Assembly: GCA_964369975.1 (NCBI GenBank)
Contig: CAYJFZ010000005.1
Location: 13,150-77,149 of the forward strand
Length of the DNA: 64,000 nucleotides
Origin: an uncultured Oscillospiraceae bacterium
GTDB taxonomy: Bacteria; Bacillota; Clostridia; Oscillospirales; Ruminococcaceae
Reading direction: 5' to 3'
Shown: positions 37,721 through 47,067 of the stretch, in pieces
Layout: the number at the start of each line of letters is the position of its first letter
Position numbering within the stretch: the stretch's first letter is position 1
Made by a program: the position numbers and the translations under genes
Notes under the pieces: model-generated
Database searches by the model: none
The model's input: only the letters and a program-made list of their open reading frames with translations
Told to the model about the DNA's origin: nothing

Positions 37721-37987
37721 TTAGTTAGGTTTGTAAGAAACAAGGTCTTGAGTCAAGCTGTCTAATACTTCCCCGTTTATTGTGTAGAAAACCCATCTAC
37801 TTTCTTTTCTGCTTGAAATCACTTCGCTATCACAAAGTATTTTCATGTGATGAGATAGTGTGGATTGGCCGATATTTAAGTTTTCTAAAATATCTCCTGC
37901 ACACAACTCGCCTTCTTTTAGAAGATCCATAATTTTTAATCTGTTTTCATCTCCTAATGCTTTTAAAACTCTTTCACGCTTTGTCAT
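37721..37987 (-). CDS. ArsR/SmtB-family transcriptional regulator
   Basis: LKALGDENRLKIMDLL...ELCAGDI...QSTLSHHMKIL winged-HTH; start at the ATG 8 nt after the AGGAGG RBS. Only one Cys in the position of the ELCVCDL metal site. Confidence 0.8.
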   Translation of the reverse strand: MTKRERVLKALGDENRLKIMDLLKEGELCAGDILENLNIGQSTLSHHMKILCDSEVISSRKESRWVFYTINGEVLDSLTQDLVSYKPN

Positions 37988-38155
37988 TCTTATAACCTCC
38001 TTTGCTATCATACCTCTATTTTTTTGTCAATTATATATGAAATGATATAACTGTTTACATATTCATTGTACTATATATATATTTCTAAACTATGTATTTA
38101 ACATTAATTTTCATCGCTTTTTCTATATATAAATATGCAGTTTCATTCATATTCT

Positions 38156-38836
38156 TTATTTTCTTAAGCCAGAATTTTTTCTTATAGGCGTGCTTTTCGC
38201 AGTGAACGAGCCAAAAAAATCTTCATAATTAATGACAGGAGCTACTGGTGTAGGGGTGTAAGTTTTAGTGCTTCTTGTAGTGGCAGCAGGTGTAGCATAA
38301 GCGCTATTAATGCTTGCGAGCTGACTTTGATAGCTTGCGTTTTGTTTTGCTATTTCTTCATTTCTTTTTGCAATTAATTCATTTAATTTACTTGTAAAAT
38401 AATCAATTATTTCATTTCTTGCAGATTGATACTTTGAATCAATACTCATTTGCATACTCTCTTGCGCTCCACCGCTTAAGCCTTGCATAGCAAGATTTGA
38501 GTCGATGTTGACTTTTTGCTTTTGGTTGTCTATATATTCATCTTTTAATAATTTTTCTTTTTGGGTTTGTATGTCTGCTTCTGAAGTATAATACTCATTA
38601 TTTATAGCTGCTAATTTTGAATCATTTTCACTTTTTGCAGCGTTTTGTTTATCTATTAAAGCTTGATTTACAATACCACTAACATCGTAAGATGTTTTAT
38701 TTTGTGTGTAAGTGTATGGAGTAACTTTTACTATTTTACTTGAAGTATTTTCTTGTTGTTGATCTTTAACTATCTTATCAAACTCTTCTTCTGTAATTTC
38801 CACATACTCCCCATTTTTATAAGTATAACTTGGCAT
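38156..38836 (-). CDS. hypothetical protein at the distal end of the phage-like island
   Basis: 226 aa, Q/N/K-rich predicted coiled-coil centre, T/P-rich C-terminal segment; no family recognised. Confidence 0.55.
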   Translation of the reverse strand: MPSYTYKNGEYVEITEEEFDKIVKDQQQENTSSKIVKVTPYTYTQNKTSYDVSGIVNQALIDKQNAAKSENDSKLAAINNEYYTSEADIQTQKEKLLKDEYIDNQKQKVNIDSNLAMQGLSGGAQESMQMSIDSKYQSARNEIIDYFTSKLNELIAKRNEEIAKQNASYQSQLASINSAYATPAATTRSTKTYTPTPVAPVINYEDFFGSFTAKSTPIRKNSGLRK

Positions 38837-38839
38837 TTT

Positions 38840-39154
38840 TTACTCCTTTACTTTTTCAAATTCATCTTTTACTATATCAAAAATACTATTTATGAATTCT
38901 TTTAATATCTCATCTGTAATTACCATTTGCAAGTATTTTGGCAGTATGCTATTTAATTTGCCGGCAACATAGCTTAGCTTTTCTTGTCCTACTTTTGTGC
39001 CGATGATGTTTTCTTCTGCCCATATAATGCTTTTGTAAACAAACTCTATTACATCTTCTTTTGCAAGTGTTTTATTTAATAATGCTTTTAAGATAATAAA
39101 AACACTTATTAAAATAATTATAAATGCTATTACAACTATTGCTTCATTACTCAT
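38840..39154 (-). CDS. small N-terminally membrane-anchored protein (lysis-cassette position)
   Basis: 104 aa, TM segment AIVVIAFIIILISVFIIL; overlaps the upstream gene stop. Confidence 0.5.
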   Translation of the reverse strand: MSNEAIVVIAFIIILISVFIILKALLNKTLAKEDVIEFVYKSIIWAEENIIGTKVGQEKLSYVAGKLNSILPKYLQMVITDEILKEFINSIFDIVKDEFEKVKE

Positions 39155-39408
39155 TTATATTGTTTCCTTTCTACATTTTTTATTCTACCATCGTAAATGG
39201 TTAATTTTTTTTCATGCTCATCTAATTTTGCATAAATTTTATTGTGGTTGTCGCTATTTTTTGCCTCTAATTTGCTTATTGTTTTCGCCATGTTATCAAC
39301 ACTTATCGTCAAATTTATTATTGTTGTGTTTAATTTGATAATAGGTGTCACTACTGTTTTAACAAAGGTAATTAAAGCTAAAACTGTAGTAAATACCACC
39401 CATTCCAT
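39151..39408 (-). CDS. holin-like protein (BhlA/UviB-like architecture)
   Basis: 85 aa: N-terminal TM (VVFTTVLALITFV) followed by a charged coiled-coil tail, directly downstream of the lysin gene. Confidence 0.45.
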   Translation of the reverse strand: MEWVVFTTVLALITFVKTVVTPIIKLNTTIINLTISVDNMAKTISKLEAKNSDNHNKIYAKLDEHEKKLTIYDGRIKNVERKQYK

Positions 39409-39426
39409 AAATTCATCCCTCTCTTT

Positions 39427-40236
39427 TTAATTTTTAAAAATCGCTTTAAAGAAATTGAAAATACTACTAAACATTGCCTTAAATAATCCAAATATACTAC
39501 TTAATATTGCTTTAAACAATTCGAATATACTTCTTACAATTACTAAAAGCAATTTAATTATAACTTCTAATAAAGGAAGATTGTCTTCATCTTGTGAATC
39601 TTCATCTTGTGAGTCTTCATCTTGTGAATCTTCATCTTGTGAGTCTTCATCTTGCTCTTCTTCAGGCTCTGGTGTTTGTGGCTCATCATCTTCTTCAAAG
39701 TCGAGTATCACTTCGCTTTCCCTTATCCAGTCATAACCACCGCTGTTTAAAATAATTACATCGTCGCCTAAAATAAACAATTTCTCTAAAGGATACTGAT
39801 TTTCTATAACATAGGTTTGGTATTCGTTTTTAAACTGGAGTATCTGCTCCCATTTCCCCTTGCCCGCTTCTATGTGCACATGTGAATTAAATGCGCTTGG
39901 GTTCCCACTTCCCATACCGCCTTCTGTATAAAAAAGCTGTCCTTGGCTTAGTATCTGCCCCTCATTTACTAAAAATTCGCTTGAATGAACACAAAGCAAT
40001 CTTAAATAATCGCTCGTACCATCTGCAAATAACACAGGGGCTATACTTTCAAAATACGCCTCACCATTAGCGTTATATCTAAGCCTTTTTACTATCATAT
40101 CGCAAGGGGCATATAAATTATCTTCCCCTGTGTCTTTGCCTCCAAAATCCATCGCCAAACTTCCTTTGTGAGAGTAAGAAGATCCCGCATTTTGCGTAAC
40201 TCTTAAATACTCCATAAAAAATTTACATAGTTGCAT
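39427..40236 (-). CDS. M23/LytM-like peptidoglycan peptidase (putative lysin) with acidic repeat linker and C-terminal amphipathic repeats
   Basis: SHKGSLAMDF and NSHVHIE resemble the HxxxD and HxH zinc motifs of M23 peptidases. (DEDSQ)x4 is encoded by 15-nt tandem repeats at 39584-39655. C-terminus has three SSIFxxFKAxF 11-mers. Confidence 0.6.
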   Translation of the reverse strand: MQLCKFFMEYLRVTQNAGSSYSHKGSLAMDFGGKDTGEDNLYAPCDMIVKRLRYNANGEAYFESIAPVLFADGTSDYLRLLCVHSSEFLVNEGQILSQGQLFYTEGGMGSGNPSAFNSHVHIEAGKGKWEQILQFKNEYQTYVIENQYPLEKLFILGDDVIILNSGGYDWIRESEVILDFEEDDEPQTPEPEEEQDEDSQDEDSQDEDSQDEDSQDEDNLPLLEVIIKLLLVIVRSIFELFKAILSSIFGLFKAMFSSIFNFFKAIFKN

Positions 40237-40297
40237 TATCTCATTCTCCTTTATATAAAAATGGCATTTTATACCTATTTTATATTATGCAAAAAGC

Positions 40298-41299
40298 TTA
40301 TTTTTGGTTTTCTTTTAGCATATTTTCTAATTCTAAAACTCTTTCATTTAGCTGTTTTATAGCCCCTACCATTGGCGATATTAATTCTTGATAATCCATT
40401 GAATAATTCATTTCACCTTCTTTAGTAATGTTTTCAAATTCTGTCACAATACCGTTATTGGTTTTTAGCTGTGTTTGTTGTATGGCTTGTAATACATCTT
40501 GGGCGATAAAGCCATATCGAGTAGTATTTTCTTCATCATCAATCATTACAAAAGATTTTGGTTTTAGTGCATAAATAAATTCTGCTGCCTTTTCTTGAGG
40601 TAAGCTTTCAATGTCTTTTTTTAATCTCATATCTGACTGAATTTCAAATTTTGAAGCTCTTACTCTTAAATACCCTGATGTATTATTATTTACAAAACTT
40701 GAGCCATAGGTGCTTTTAATATACATCTCACCAAATGTTTCTATACATTGTGGAGAGCTTACAACAACACTTGGGGCTTTTAATCCTTTATCAAATCCAA
40801 AAAATGGAGACCCGTTGTATGCACTTGCATACATATTATAGTTTTCTATCTCTTGTGTTTCTTCATCTATTTTAGAAATTACTATTTTTTCACCCGCTTG
40901 TAAGGCCTCTCCTTCGTTTAAAATGTGCATTATACCCACTTGTCCATCAAACAAGCCTAAATTTTGAATAGCTTGGGCATTTGTTGCTTCGTCTGCTATT
41001 TGTGCACTATCAACTTTTCCATCGCCATCTGTGTCATAGACTGCCTTCATCATGCTATCTTGCGTTGCAGTATCAATTTTTTCATCTATAACAATATCTG
41101 CTTGACTTTTTGTATACACTGTTTCTTTTTCTACTTCTAAAGTGTCGCATAAATCATTATGCTTATCCGCAACAAAACTTGTAAGCCTATCAAATACCAA
41201 TTTGTTTTCTCTTGCATCACCTTCTAAGACATCGGGTGCATTTACAACACCTAAGGTATCTTTATCATTTTGAGTTATTTTCAAGTTGTTAAAACTCAT
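40298..41299 (-). CDS. tail fibre protein with C-terminal intramolecular chaperone (peptidase S74) domain
   Basis: SDMRLKKDIESL...YGFIAQDV...ELISPMVGAIKQLNERVLELE matches the self-cleaving tail-fibre chaperone domain; YDTDGDGKVD motif in the shaft. Confidence 0.7.
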   Translation of the reverse strand: MSFNNLKITQNDKDTLGVVNAPDVLEGDARENKLVFDRLTSFVADKHNDLCDTLEVEKETVYTKSQADIVIDEKIDTATQDSMMKAVYDTDGDGKVDSAQIADEATNAQAIQNLGLFDGQVGIMHILNEGEALQAGEKIVISKIDEETQEIENYNMYASAYNGSPFFGFDKGLKAPSVVVSSPQCIETFGEMYIKSTYGSSFVNNNTSGYLRVRASKFEIQSDMRLKKDIESLPQEKAAEFIYALKPKSFVMIDDEENTTRYGFIAQDVLQAIQQTQLKTNNGIVTEFENITKEGEMNYSMDYQELISPMVGAIKQLNERVLELENMLKENQK

Positions 41300-43183
41300 T
41301 TAGTTATCTCCTTTCACATAATTTGTCGGTGTAAAGCATTTAATTAAGCTAAATACACCAAAGCCCTCGTTCTTTTCTTTATTTGAGAATATAAATTGTA
41401 CAGCTGTATAATTTTTAATTTTATGCTTTATTACGATAGTTCTTGCATTGTCGTCTGCTTCAAAAGTATATCTATTAAAATTTACATCTGAAAGATTTAA
41501 GATATCACAGGTATGTTTTAAAATTTCTACACCTTTTACATTATCTAAGGTTTTAGCGCTGATAGTTACAGAAGAGCGGGTAACGGGCTTTAAAGTTAAA
41601 ACGCAGCCTTTTTTACTCAAGGTTTTACTCATTAGCCCTAAGGCATCGTCATCCATTTTAGTCGACCATACAGCATTAATCGCCTTATCATCATCTGAAA
41701 ATCTTTCCATTGTAAATATGTCACTTTTGAATACGCAAATATTCCCATCATTATCTCCAAAGTATAATAAATCGTTCCAACTCATAAAGCAATTTGCATT
41801 TATCCCTTGCCAAAAATATGCTTCATACACAAAGTTGTCGTGCTTTGCTATATTACTTTTTTGCCTTGAGTCTAATAAGTAAACATTAGAGTTTACACTA
41901 ATTAGATAATAGCCTTGCCAAGTAAAGGCGACAGCATTTTCTATACCATCTTCATATATCAACTTATTATCTATAAAGTAAGAACGGTTTTGCACTGTTC
42001 TTTCGGCTGTTATGGCATTACTCGTTATTGCATAAACCCCTGTGTTTGATAAAAATAATGGCTCATCTACGAGCTGTGCAAAGCTATAAGGTGAAATAGC
42101 GCCTATGCCTGTAATACAGCCTTGTAGAGTAAATTTTAATTTTTCATCACTGTCAAAATAAGGACTTCTTAAAAAAATAGTTGTATCCTGACTGTTATCC
42201 TCTTTTACTACTATTAAATGTGAGCCAATTTTGCCATAGCCCATAATCTTTGTATTGCTACTTCCTACTATACTAAAATTTGTATCTCCAAAATAAGTAG
42301 GATCATTTGTATGGCAAAACCAGTCATAAGAAGGATAATTTTCATTACCTGTCACAAACACCCTTGTATCAGAACCCATACCAAAGAATGTATGCTTATT
42401 GCAATTTTTTATTTTACTTAAGGATTCATTATCAGTTTTTGCGTAAGTGATGAAGATATTATCCTCACCTATAATGCTACTTTTAGCTGGAGCTATGGTA
42501 AATGTAATCTTACCTAAAGCTCTATCAACTGTAAAGTTTGTCCCTTCTTTTAGAGTAGTCGTACTGCTTTCTGATATTTTTTGCTGAATTACAACTTCAG
42601 TTTCATCTAAATCTTTTGAAAAAACATAGTAAATCTTTTTAGTGCCATCAGCTGCAAATTTTTCCGTTCTTTTAGGTTGCAATAAATTTATAGCTTCTAA
42701 GGCTGTGCCACCACCATCAGGCGTTTTTGCAATGAGTGTAGTTGGAATATAAGCTACTTCGCTTACATCTTTTACACTGCTACCGTCGTATACTAAATAT
42801 TCTCTTCCTGTTAATATAAAGGCCTTTGTTTTATCTTCGTGAAAAGTAAAGAAGATGCTCGACTTTGCTCTGTTTAAGCCTTGATGAATTAAGACAGGTT
42901 CTTGTGAGTCAAAGCGATATAGCTTATCTCCGCAATGCGCTAAAAATGTTTTTTCACCTTCTATTTCGCCATTAGCAATGCAGTAAACAGTCTCACCTAA
43001 AGAAAACAAGGTTTTATATCCCATTCTTTTTTCTGGCATACCTGATTTATCTGAAATCATATTAACAGCATCAGGTGAGCGCTTTTCATCTACAAGCATT
43101 GCATCTTGACTAAAATCAACTCCTAAAAATTTATTATAAACTTGAGTCCTTAAAGATTTTTTTGCACTTACTTTAATAGGCAT
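41300..43183 (-). CDS. large tail structural protein (podovirus-type tail/nozzle or baseplate-like)
   Basis: 627 aa, beta-rich, located between head-completion genes and the tail fibre; family not recognised. Confidence 0.5.
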   Translation of the reverse strand: MPIKVSAKKSLRTQVYNKFLGVDFSQDAMLVDEKRSPDAVNMISDKSGMPEKRMGYKTLFSLGETVYCIANGEIEGEKTFLAHCGDKLYRFDSQEPVLIHQGLNRAKSSIFFTFHEDKTKAFILTGREYLVYDGSSVKDVSEVAYIPTTLIAKTPDGGGTALEAINLLQPKRTEKFAADGTKKIYYVFSKDLDETEVVIQQKISESSTTTLKEGTNFTVDRALGKITFTIAPAKSSIIGEDNIFITYAKTDNESLSKIKNCNKHTFFGMGSDTRVFVTGNENYPSYDWFCHTNDPTYFGDTNFSIVGSSNTKIMGYGKIGSHLIVVKEDNSQDTTIFLRSPYFDSDEKLKFTLQGCITGIGAISPYSFAQLVDEPLFLSNTGVYAITSNAITAERTVQNRSYFIDNKLIYEDGIENAVAFTWQGYYLISVNSNVYLLDSRQKSNIAKHDNFVYEAYFWQGINANCFMSWNDLLYFGDNDGNICVFKSDIFTMERFSDDDKAINAVWSTKMDDDALGLMSKTLSKKGCVLTLKPVTRSSVTISAKTLDNVKGVEILKHTCDILNLSDVNFNRYTFEADDNARTIVIKHKIKNYTAVQFIFSNKEKNEGFGVFSLIKCFTPTNYVKGDN

Positions 43184-43773
43184 TAAATATCAACTCCTTT
43201 TAATACTTCTACTGTCGGATTATAGCCACTCATTTTTAAAGAGGCTAATTTCATTTCGTAATCGTTATAGTAAATATCAGCCTTGTTTGCATCATCATCA
43301 CGGAAAACATAATAAGCCGCTAATAATGGTAGTAAAACGCTCACGCCAATATCAAAATTAAACTCTTCATCATCTTTTGTATCAACGCTTACTTGCACAG
43401 GCTTTGCCTCATACACAAAGGTATAAAGCCCTGTTGAGTAAACGATAATAGTATTGTTTAAAAGCTGAGTGTAGTCTGTATATTCAACGCTCTCATCTAA
43501 TACCTCATACCCACTTTGTGTTTTTTCATATTTTACTGTTTTATACACTTTAGAAAGTTTTAAAAAACCTTCATCTATATCTTTTAAATTAATTGAAGCA
43601 ACACTTTGCAAAACTTCAACATCTGCCATTTTCAAAAAAGGCTTATATTCAAAGGCAATAGCATTAATGCTCCTATTAATAGCAGAAATTAAGATGTTTG
43701 CATCTTCTGTATAAGTTAGTGGTGTTTCAAATCCTAAGGATAAAATTTCTTCTTTTAGCTGTTTGTAAGTCAT
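43183..43773 (-). CDS. phage structural protein (possible head-tail adaptor)
   Basis: 196 aa, position downstream of the capsid gene; start overlaps the neighbour. Confidence 0.4.
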   Translation of the reverse strand: MTYKQLKEEILSLGFETPLTYTEDANILISAINRSINAIAFEYKPFLKMADVEVLQSVASINLKDIDEGFLKLSKVYKTVKYEKTQSGYEVLDESVEYTDYTQLLNNTIIVYSTGLYTFVYEAKPVQVSVDTKDDEEFNFDIGVSVLLPLLAAYYVFRDDDANKADIYYNDYEMKLASLKMSGYNPTVEVLKGVDI

Positions 43774-43785
43774 AAGGAAGCCTCC

Positions 43786-44001
43786 TTATATATACATAGC
43801 TTTTTCCAAAAGTTTTTTAACACTTAGAGTAACTTTATAATCTTTGCCTCTTTCAAACATCTCTTTTTTAGAGTTGATGCAAATAACTACATTTTCATCG
43901 CTTTTGTTAAGTGGATCTTTAGGAATTCTCACTAAAAATAAATCTTTTTCTTTTGCTGGTTTACTCGCTTGTTTTTCATTTGTATCTATAATATTATTCA
44001 T
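43786..44001 (-). CDS. small phage protein, unknown function
   Basis: 71 aa ORF with AAGGAGAA RBS directly after the post-capsid hairpin. Confidence 0.5.
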   Translation of the reverse strand: MNNIIDTNEKQASKPAKEKDLFLVRIPKDPLNKSDENVVICINSKKEMFERGKDYKVTLSVKKLLEKAMYI

Positions 44002-44017
44002 AATTTTCTCCTTTATT

Positions 44018-44043
44018 ATTCAGCCTGCTTTTGCAGGCTGAAT
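44018..44043 (-). promoter_or_regulatory. perfect 11-bp-stem hairpin immediately downstream of the major capsid gene
   Basis: ATTCAGCCTGC TTTT GCAGGCTGAAT; lies 12 nt after the capsid stop and 16 nt before the next start. Confidence 0.7.
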
Positions 44044-44055
44044 ATTAATTATTAA

Positions 44056-44991
44056 TTAAACAGTCGCTGCTGTTTCTATTCTTACTATTGCCATTTCATT
44101 TAAGCGTTTTACAGCCATAAGAGCTTTCCAACCAGCTGAAGCTCTTTGCTCAAGCGGGTCAGCAGAGCCAGATGAGCCTGCGTCTTTAATGATAACTTTT
44201 GGTGCTGTTAATTCGCCTTCAAGGTCAATACAACCATAAGCATCTTTTGCTACTATAACAGTAGAATGTACATCTACATTGTTTGCATTTGTTAAAGTTT
44301 GCGTATTAGTTGTATCAATAAATCTTACACCGTGTAAACGACCTATTTCGCCTTTTTCAATGTTTGTACCGCCGTTGTATTTACTTACATCTTGCCATAG
44401 TGGATCTCTTTGCAAATCATAGGCTACATTATGGTTAATAAAGCCGTAGAAATAGCCTGAATCCATAGGTTTTGCATTAGCGTTTCTTAAAGTTCTCACT
44501 GCTTTTTGAATTAACTCAGATGTAATTACATCTGTTTTAGCAATATCATCTATGTCAGTTATAGTTGTTTTTGGGAATTGTACATTTGTACCATTTGACA
44601 CTTCTCTCATTGCTAAAGTATCTAAGGTAAGCGCTGCTTGCTCGCCTAAAACATTTGCTGTTTCAGTAAGTACTGGGTCAATACCTAATAAGTTTAATTT
44701 AGATGAAATTTTTACAAAATCGCCGTACTCCTGTACTTGCGCTGTTAAGTTAGTAACATCTAAGGATTTGCCATCTGGTGTCACTCCCTCTGTTAGTGGT
44801 GTAGTATTTACAGATAAAGAGTTAAATCTTCTAAAACTTACTTGACCACCTGAATTTTTAGGCATAGTTCTTTTTTGCCCGTATTTTAGCCACACTAAAT
44901 TCGGAACTAATCTTTCAAGAAGGGTTCTATCATAAAATGTTGCATTTTCCGCTGTTAAATTTTGATATGTTTGTACTGGTGCTTGTGCCAT
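44056..44991 (-). CDS. major capsid protein (HK97 fold, N4-gp56-like family)
   Basis: N-terminus FYDRTLLERLVPNLVWLKYGQKRTMPKNSGGQVSFRRFNSL matches my recollection of the N4-gp56-family capsid signature; preceded by a scaffold-like gene. Confidence 0.75.
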   Translation of the reverse strand: MAQAPVQTYQNLTAENATFYDRTLLERLVPNLVWLKYGQKRTMPKNSGGQVSFRRFNSLSVNTTPLTEGVTPDGKSLDVTNLTAQVQEYGDFVKISSKLNLLGIDPVLTETANVLGEQAALTLDTLAMREVSNGTNVQFPKTTITDIDDIAKTDVITSELIQKAVRTLRNANAKPMDSGYFYGFINHNVAYDLQRDPLWQDVSKYNGGTNIEKGEIGRLHGVRFIDTTNTQTLTNANNVDVHSTVIVAKDAYGCIDLEGELTAPKVIIKDAGSSGSADPLEQRASAGWKALMAVKRLNEMAIVRIETAATV

Positions 44992-45017
44992 ATTTTTTTC
45001 TCCTTTTTATTTTAAAA

Positions 45018-45503
45018 TTACATTAATTCGCCTCTTAAGGCTTTTTGAACTTCAGTTAAGAATTCATCTCTTGACATTGCTTTGAATCTATCAGGTTTTT
45101 CAAAGTTATTCGCTTGTTTAATATCGCCTGTAGATGGTTGTAGATTTTTCATTTGATTAATTGCAGAGTACGCTACTTTTACTGGGATGTTTTCGTTTCT
45201 TAATTTTAAGTAACTTGTTAAGTCAATATCGTCAAAAGAGCTAATTGTTTTATCTTCTTTTTTAAGCTCTATTAACTCTTGTTGCATAAGCATATCTACA
45301 AGAATATTTTTTAATACTTCGTTTTCATTAACTAAAAGCATAACATCTTGTACACTAAACTCATTTGCTACTTGCTGAGTGTTTTGCTTGCCCATTACTT
45401 CTTCACTAACAGCATTTAAAATTTGCTCTTTTGCTATTTCTTCATTTTGTAGCTGTTCATTAGCTATTGCAATATCATCTTTTTTTTGCTTTGTTTTTTC
45501 CAT
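45018..45503 (-). CDS. scaffolding protein
   Basis: 161 aa, acidic and helical, located between the portal and capsid genes. Confidence 0.55.
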   Translation of the reverse strand: MEKTKQKKDDIAIANEQLQNEEIAKEQILNAVSEEVMGKQNTQQVANEFSVQDVMLLVNENEVLKNILVDMLMQQELIELKKEDKTISSFDDIDLTSYLKLRNENIPVKVAYSAINQMKNLQPSTGDIKQANNFEKPDRFKAMSRDEFLTEVQKALRGELM

Positions 45504-45514
45504 ACTTCCTCCTA

Positions 45515-47056
45515 TTAAATTTGCTTTTGTGTGATTTCTTCATTTACATTCGCATCACCTTTTCGTTTTTCCAATATTCTTTCTAAGTCCGCCTTAGGTA
45601 CAGCAGAGGTATCATCGATAAGCGATACATATTCATCAAAGGTTATCGCCCCTTTATTGAATAAATTATCAAGTGATAACTGCCTACTTAATCGGCTGTA
45701 TGGGTCAATTGGAGAAACATCTATTCTTAAATCGATATCTTTATACAAAATATCTTCTTTAAGCAAAGTTTTGCCGTCTATAGTGCTGACGGTCTTTGGG
45801 CTATAAGCAAATATCATATTTTGCCATACGATAGCCACATCTTCTAAAAACTGTTTAAATCCTGAGATATGCTCATTTAAGGCTACTGCTGATTGATCTC
45901 TTGCAGCTTTAATAGCCTCGCCACTCGCCTTTGTTGGGTCAACTTGCCCTGTCGCTGCATCTGAAGCGCCTTCAAGCTCCCTTGTTATGTTTAATAACTC
46001 ATTTTGTAAGTACTGCGCATCTGGTGATATAGATACAGGCTTTAAGTAGTCTATCAAAGTTGAAATAGGATTTTGAATTTGATTTTTAACAGCTATAAGT
46101 CCGCCTACTGTATCAATATTTTGAATTTTGCTTACTCTATCTTTGTCATAAACAATACTCGGATAAGCGTATCTTTTAGTACTTATAGCCCTTCTTGTTG
46201 CAGTTTTATTTATTTCAATTTGATTTTCTATTAGCCCTTCAAGGCCGGACAAGCCTCTTATTGAGCCTATTTTTTCTTCCCATTTCATCTGCGCTATTGG
46301 ATATAAACTTAAATCTTTTACAGTTTTTAAGGGTGAGTAAATAACTCCCTTAACACTTCTTAAAAACGTAAGCCCATCTTTTGTTTTTTCTAAATACAGT
46401 ATGCTTGTACATTTTCCTTCTTGTGTTTTTACTTCATTATAATTTTCATAAAACTGTGCACTTGAAACATCATCAGATACTATTAAATCAATTTTTTCTT
46501 TTGACAGTTTATTCTTTTTAGCTATTTCTTTTACATAGCTTACAGGTAGGCGTTCTTCTATAATTATGTATTGCTGACTTTGCAAATCATCGTTTTGCTC
46601 ATCTGCAAAAAATATCCCTGAAGGATTAACTATCCTATTTTTAAAATATAAGTCTTTGTCATTTTCATCTTTAGAGTTAAATGTGTATAAGTAAACATCT
46701 CCAAAAATAAAGCTCCTTTTAATGATGTCCCAGCATAATTTATCAAACTTTGACTTTTCCCACTGCCTTAAAGAAAAGTCATTTAAAAACTCACAAACAG
46801 TGTTTAGTTTTTCATCGCTACTTTTAGTATTAAAAACTATTTGCATAGCACTTTGAGCTATCATCGAGATTTTATACTTACCAATAGGCTTTATAAAATT
46901 TAAAGCTATAAGTGGCTGATTTTGATGCTCTAAGCCCTCCCACTGCCTGCCCTCGTAAAAATTTAAGTTTCTTTTATTTTTTAAAAAGACATTGTTCTGC
47001 CTGTGGTTTTCAAGGCCTTGTTCATACCTTTTCCAATAAATATTTTCGTTTTGCAT
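45515..47056 (-). CDS. portal protein
   Basis: 513 aa, position after TerL, size and composition typical of portals. Confidence 0.7.
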   Translation of the reverse strand: MQNENIYWKRYEQGLENHRQNNVFLKNKRNLNFYEGRQWEGLEHQNQPLIALNFIKPIGKYKISMIAQSAMQIVFNTKSSDEKLNTVCEFLNDFSLRQWEKSKFDKLCWDIIKRSFIFGDVYLYTFNSKDENDKDLYFKNRIVNPSGIFFADEQNDDLQSQQYIIIEERLPVSYVKEIAKKNKLSKEKIDLIVSDDVSSAQFYENYNEVKTQEGKCTSILYLEKTKDGLTFLRSVKGVIYSPLKTVKDLSLYPIAQMKWEEKIGSIRGLSGLEGLIENQIEINKTATRRAISTKRYAYPSIVYDKDRVSKIQNIDTVGGLIAVKNQIQNPISTLIDYLKPVSISPDAQYLQNELLNITRELEGASDAATGQVDPTKASGEAIKAARDQSAVALNEHISGFKQFLEDVAIVWQNMIFAYSPKTVSTIDGKTLLKEDILYKDIDLRIDVSPIDPYSRLSRQLSLDNLFNKGAITFDEYVSLIDDTSAVPKADLERILEKRKGDANVNEEITQKQI

Positions 47057-47067
47057 ATACCCTCCTT

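Noticed and set aside
38012-38155. Search for an attL-type direct repeat of the tRNA-Lys 3' end at the left boundary of the phage-like island
   Set aside because: Reading by eye, I found no copy of the tRNA 3' segment (TGGTGAGCCATCGGAGAC or its complement) here. Short or degenerate att cores could be missed without a computational alignment, so absence is provisional.
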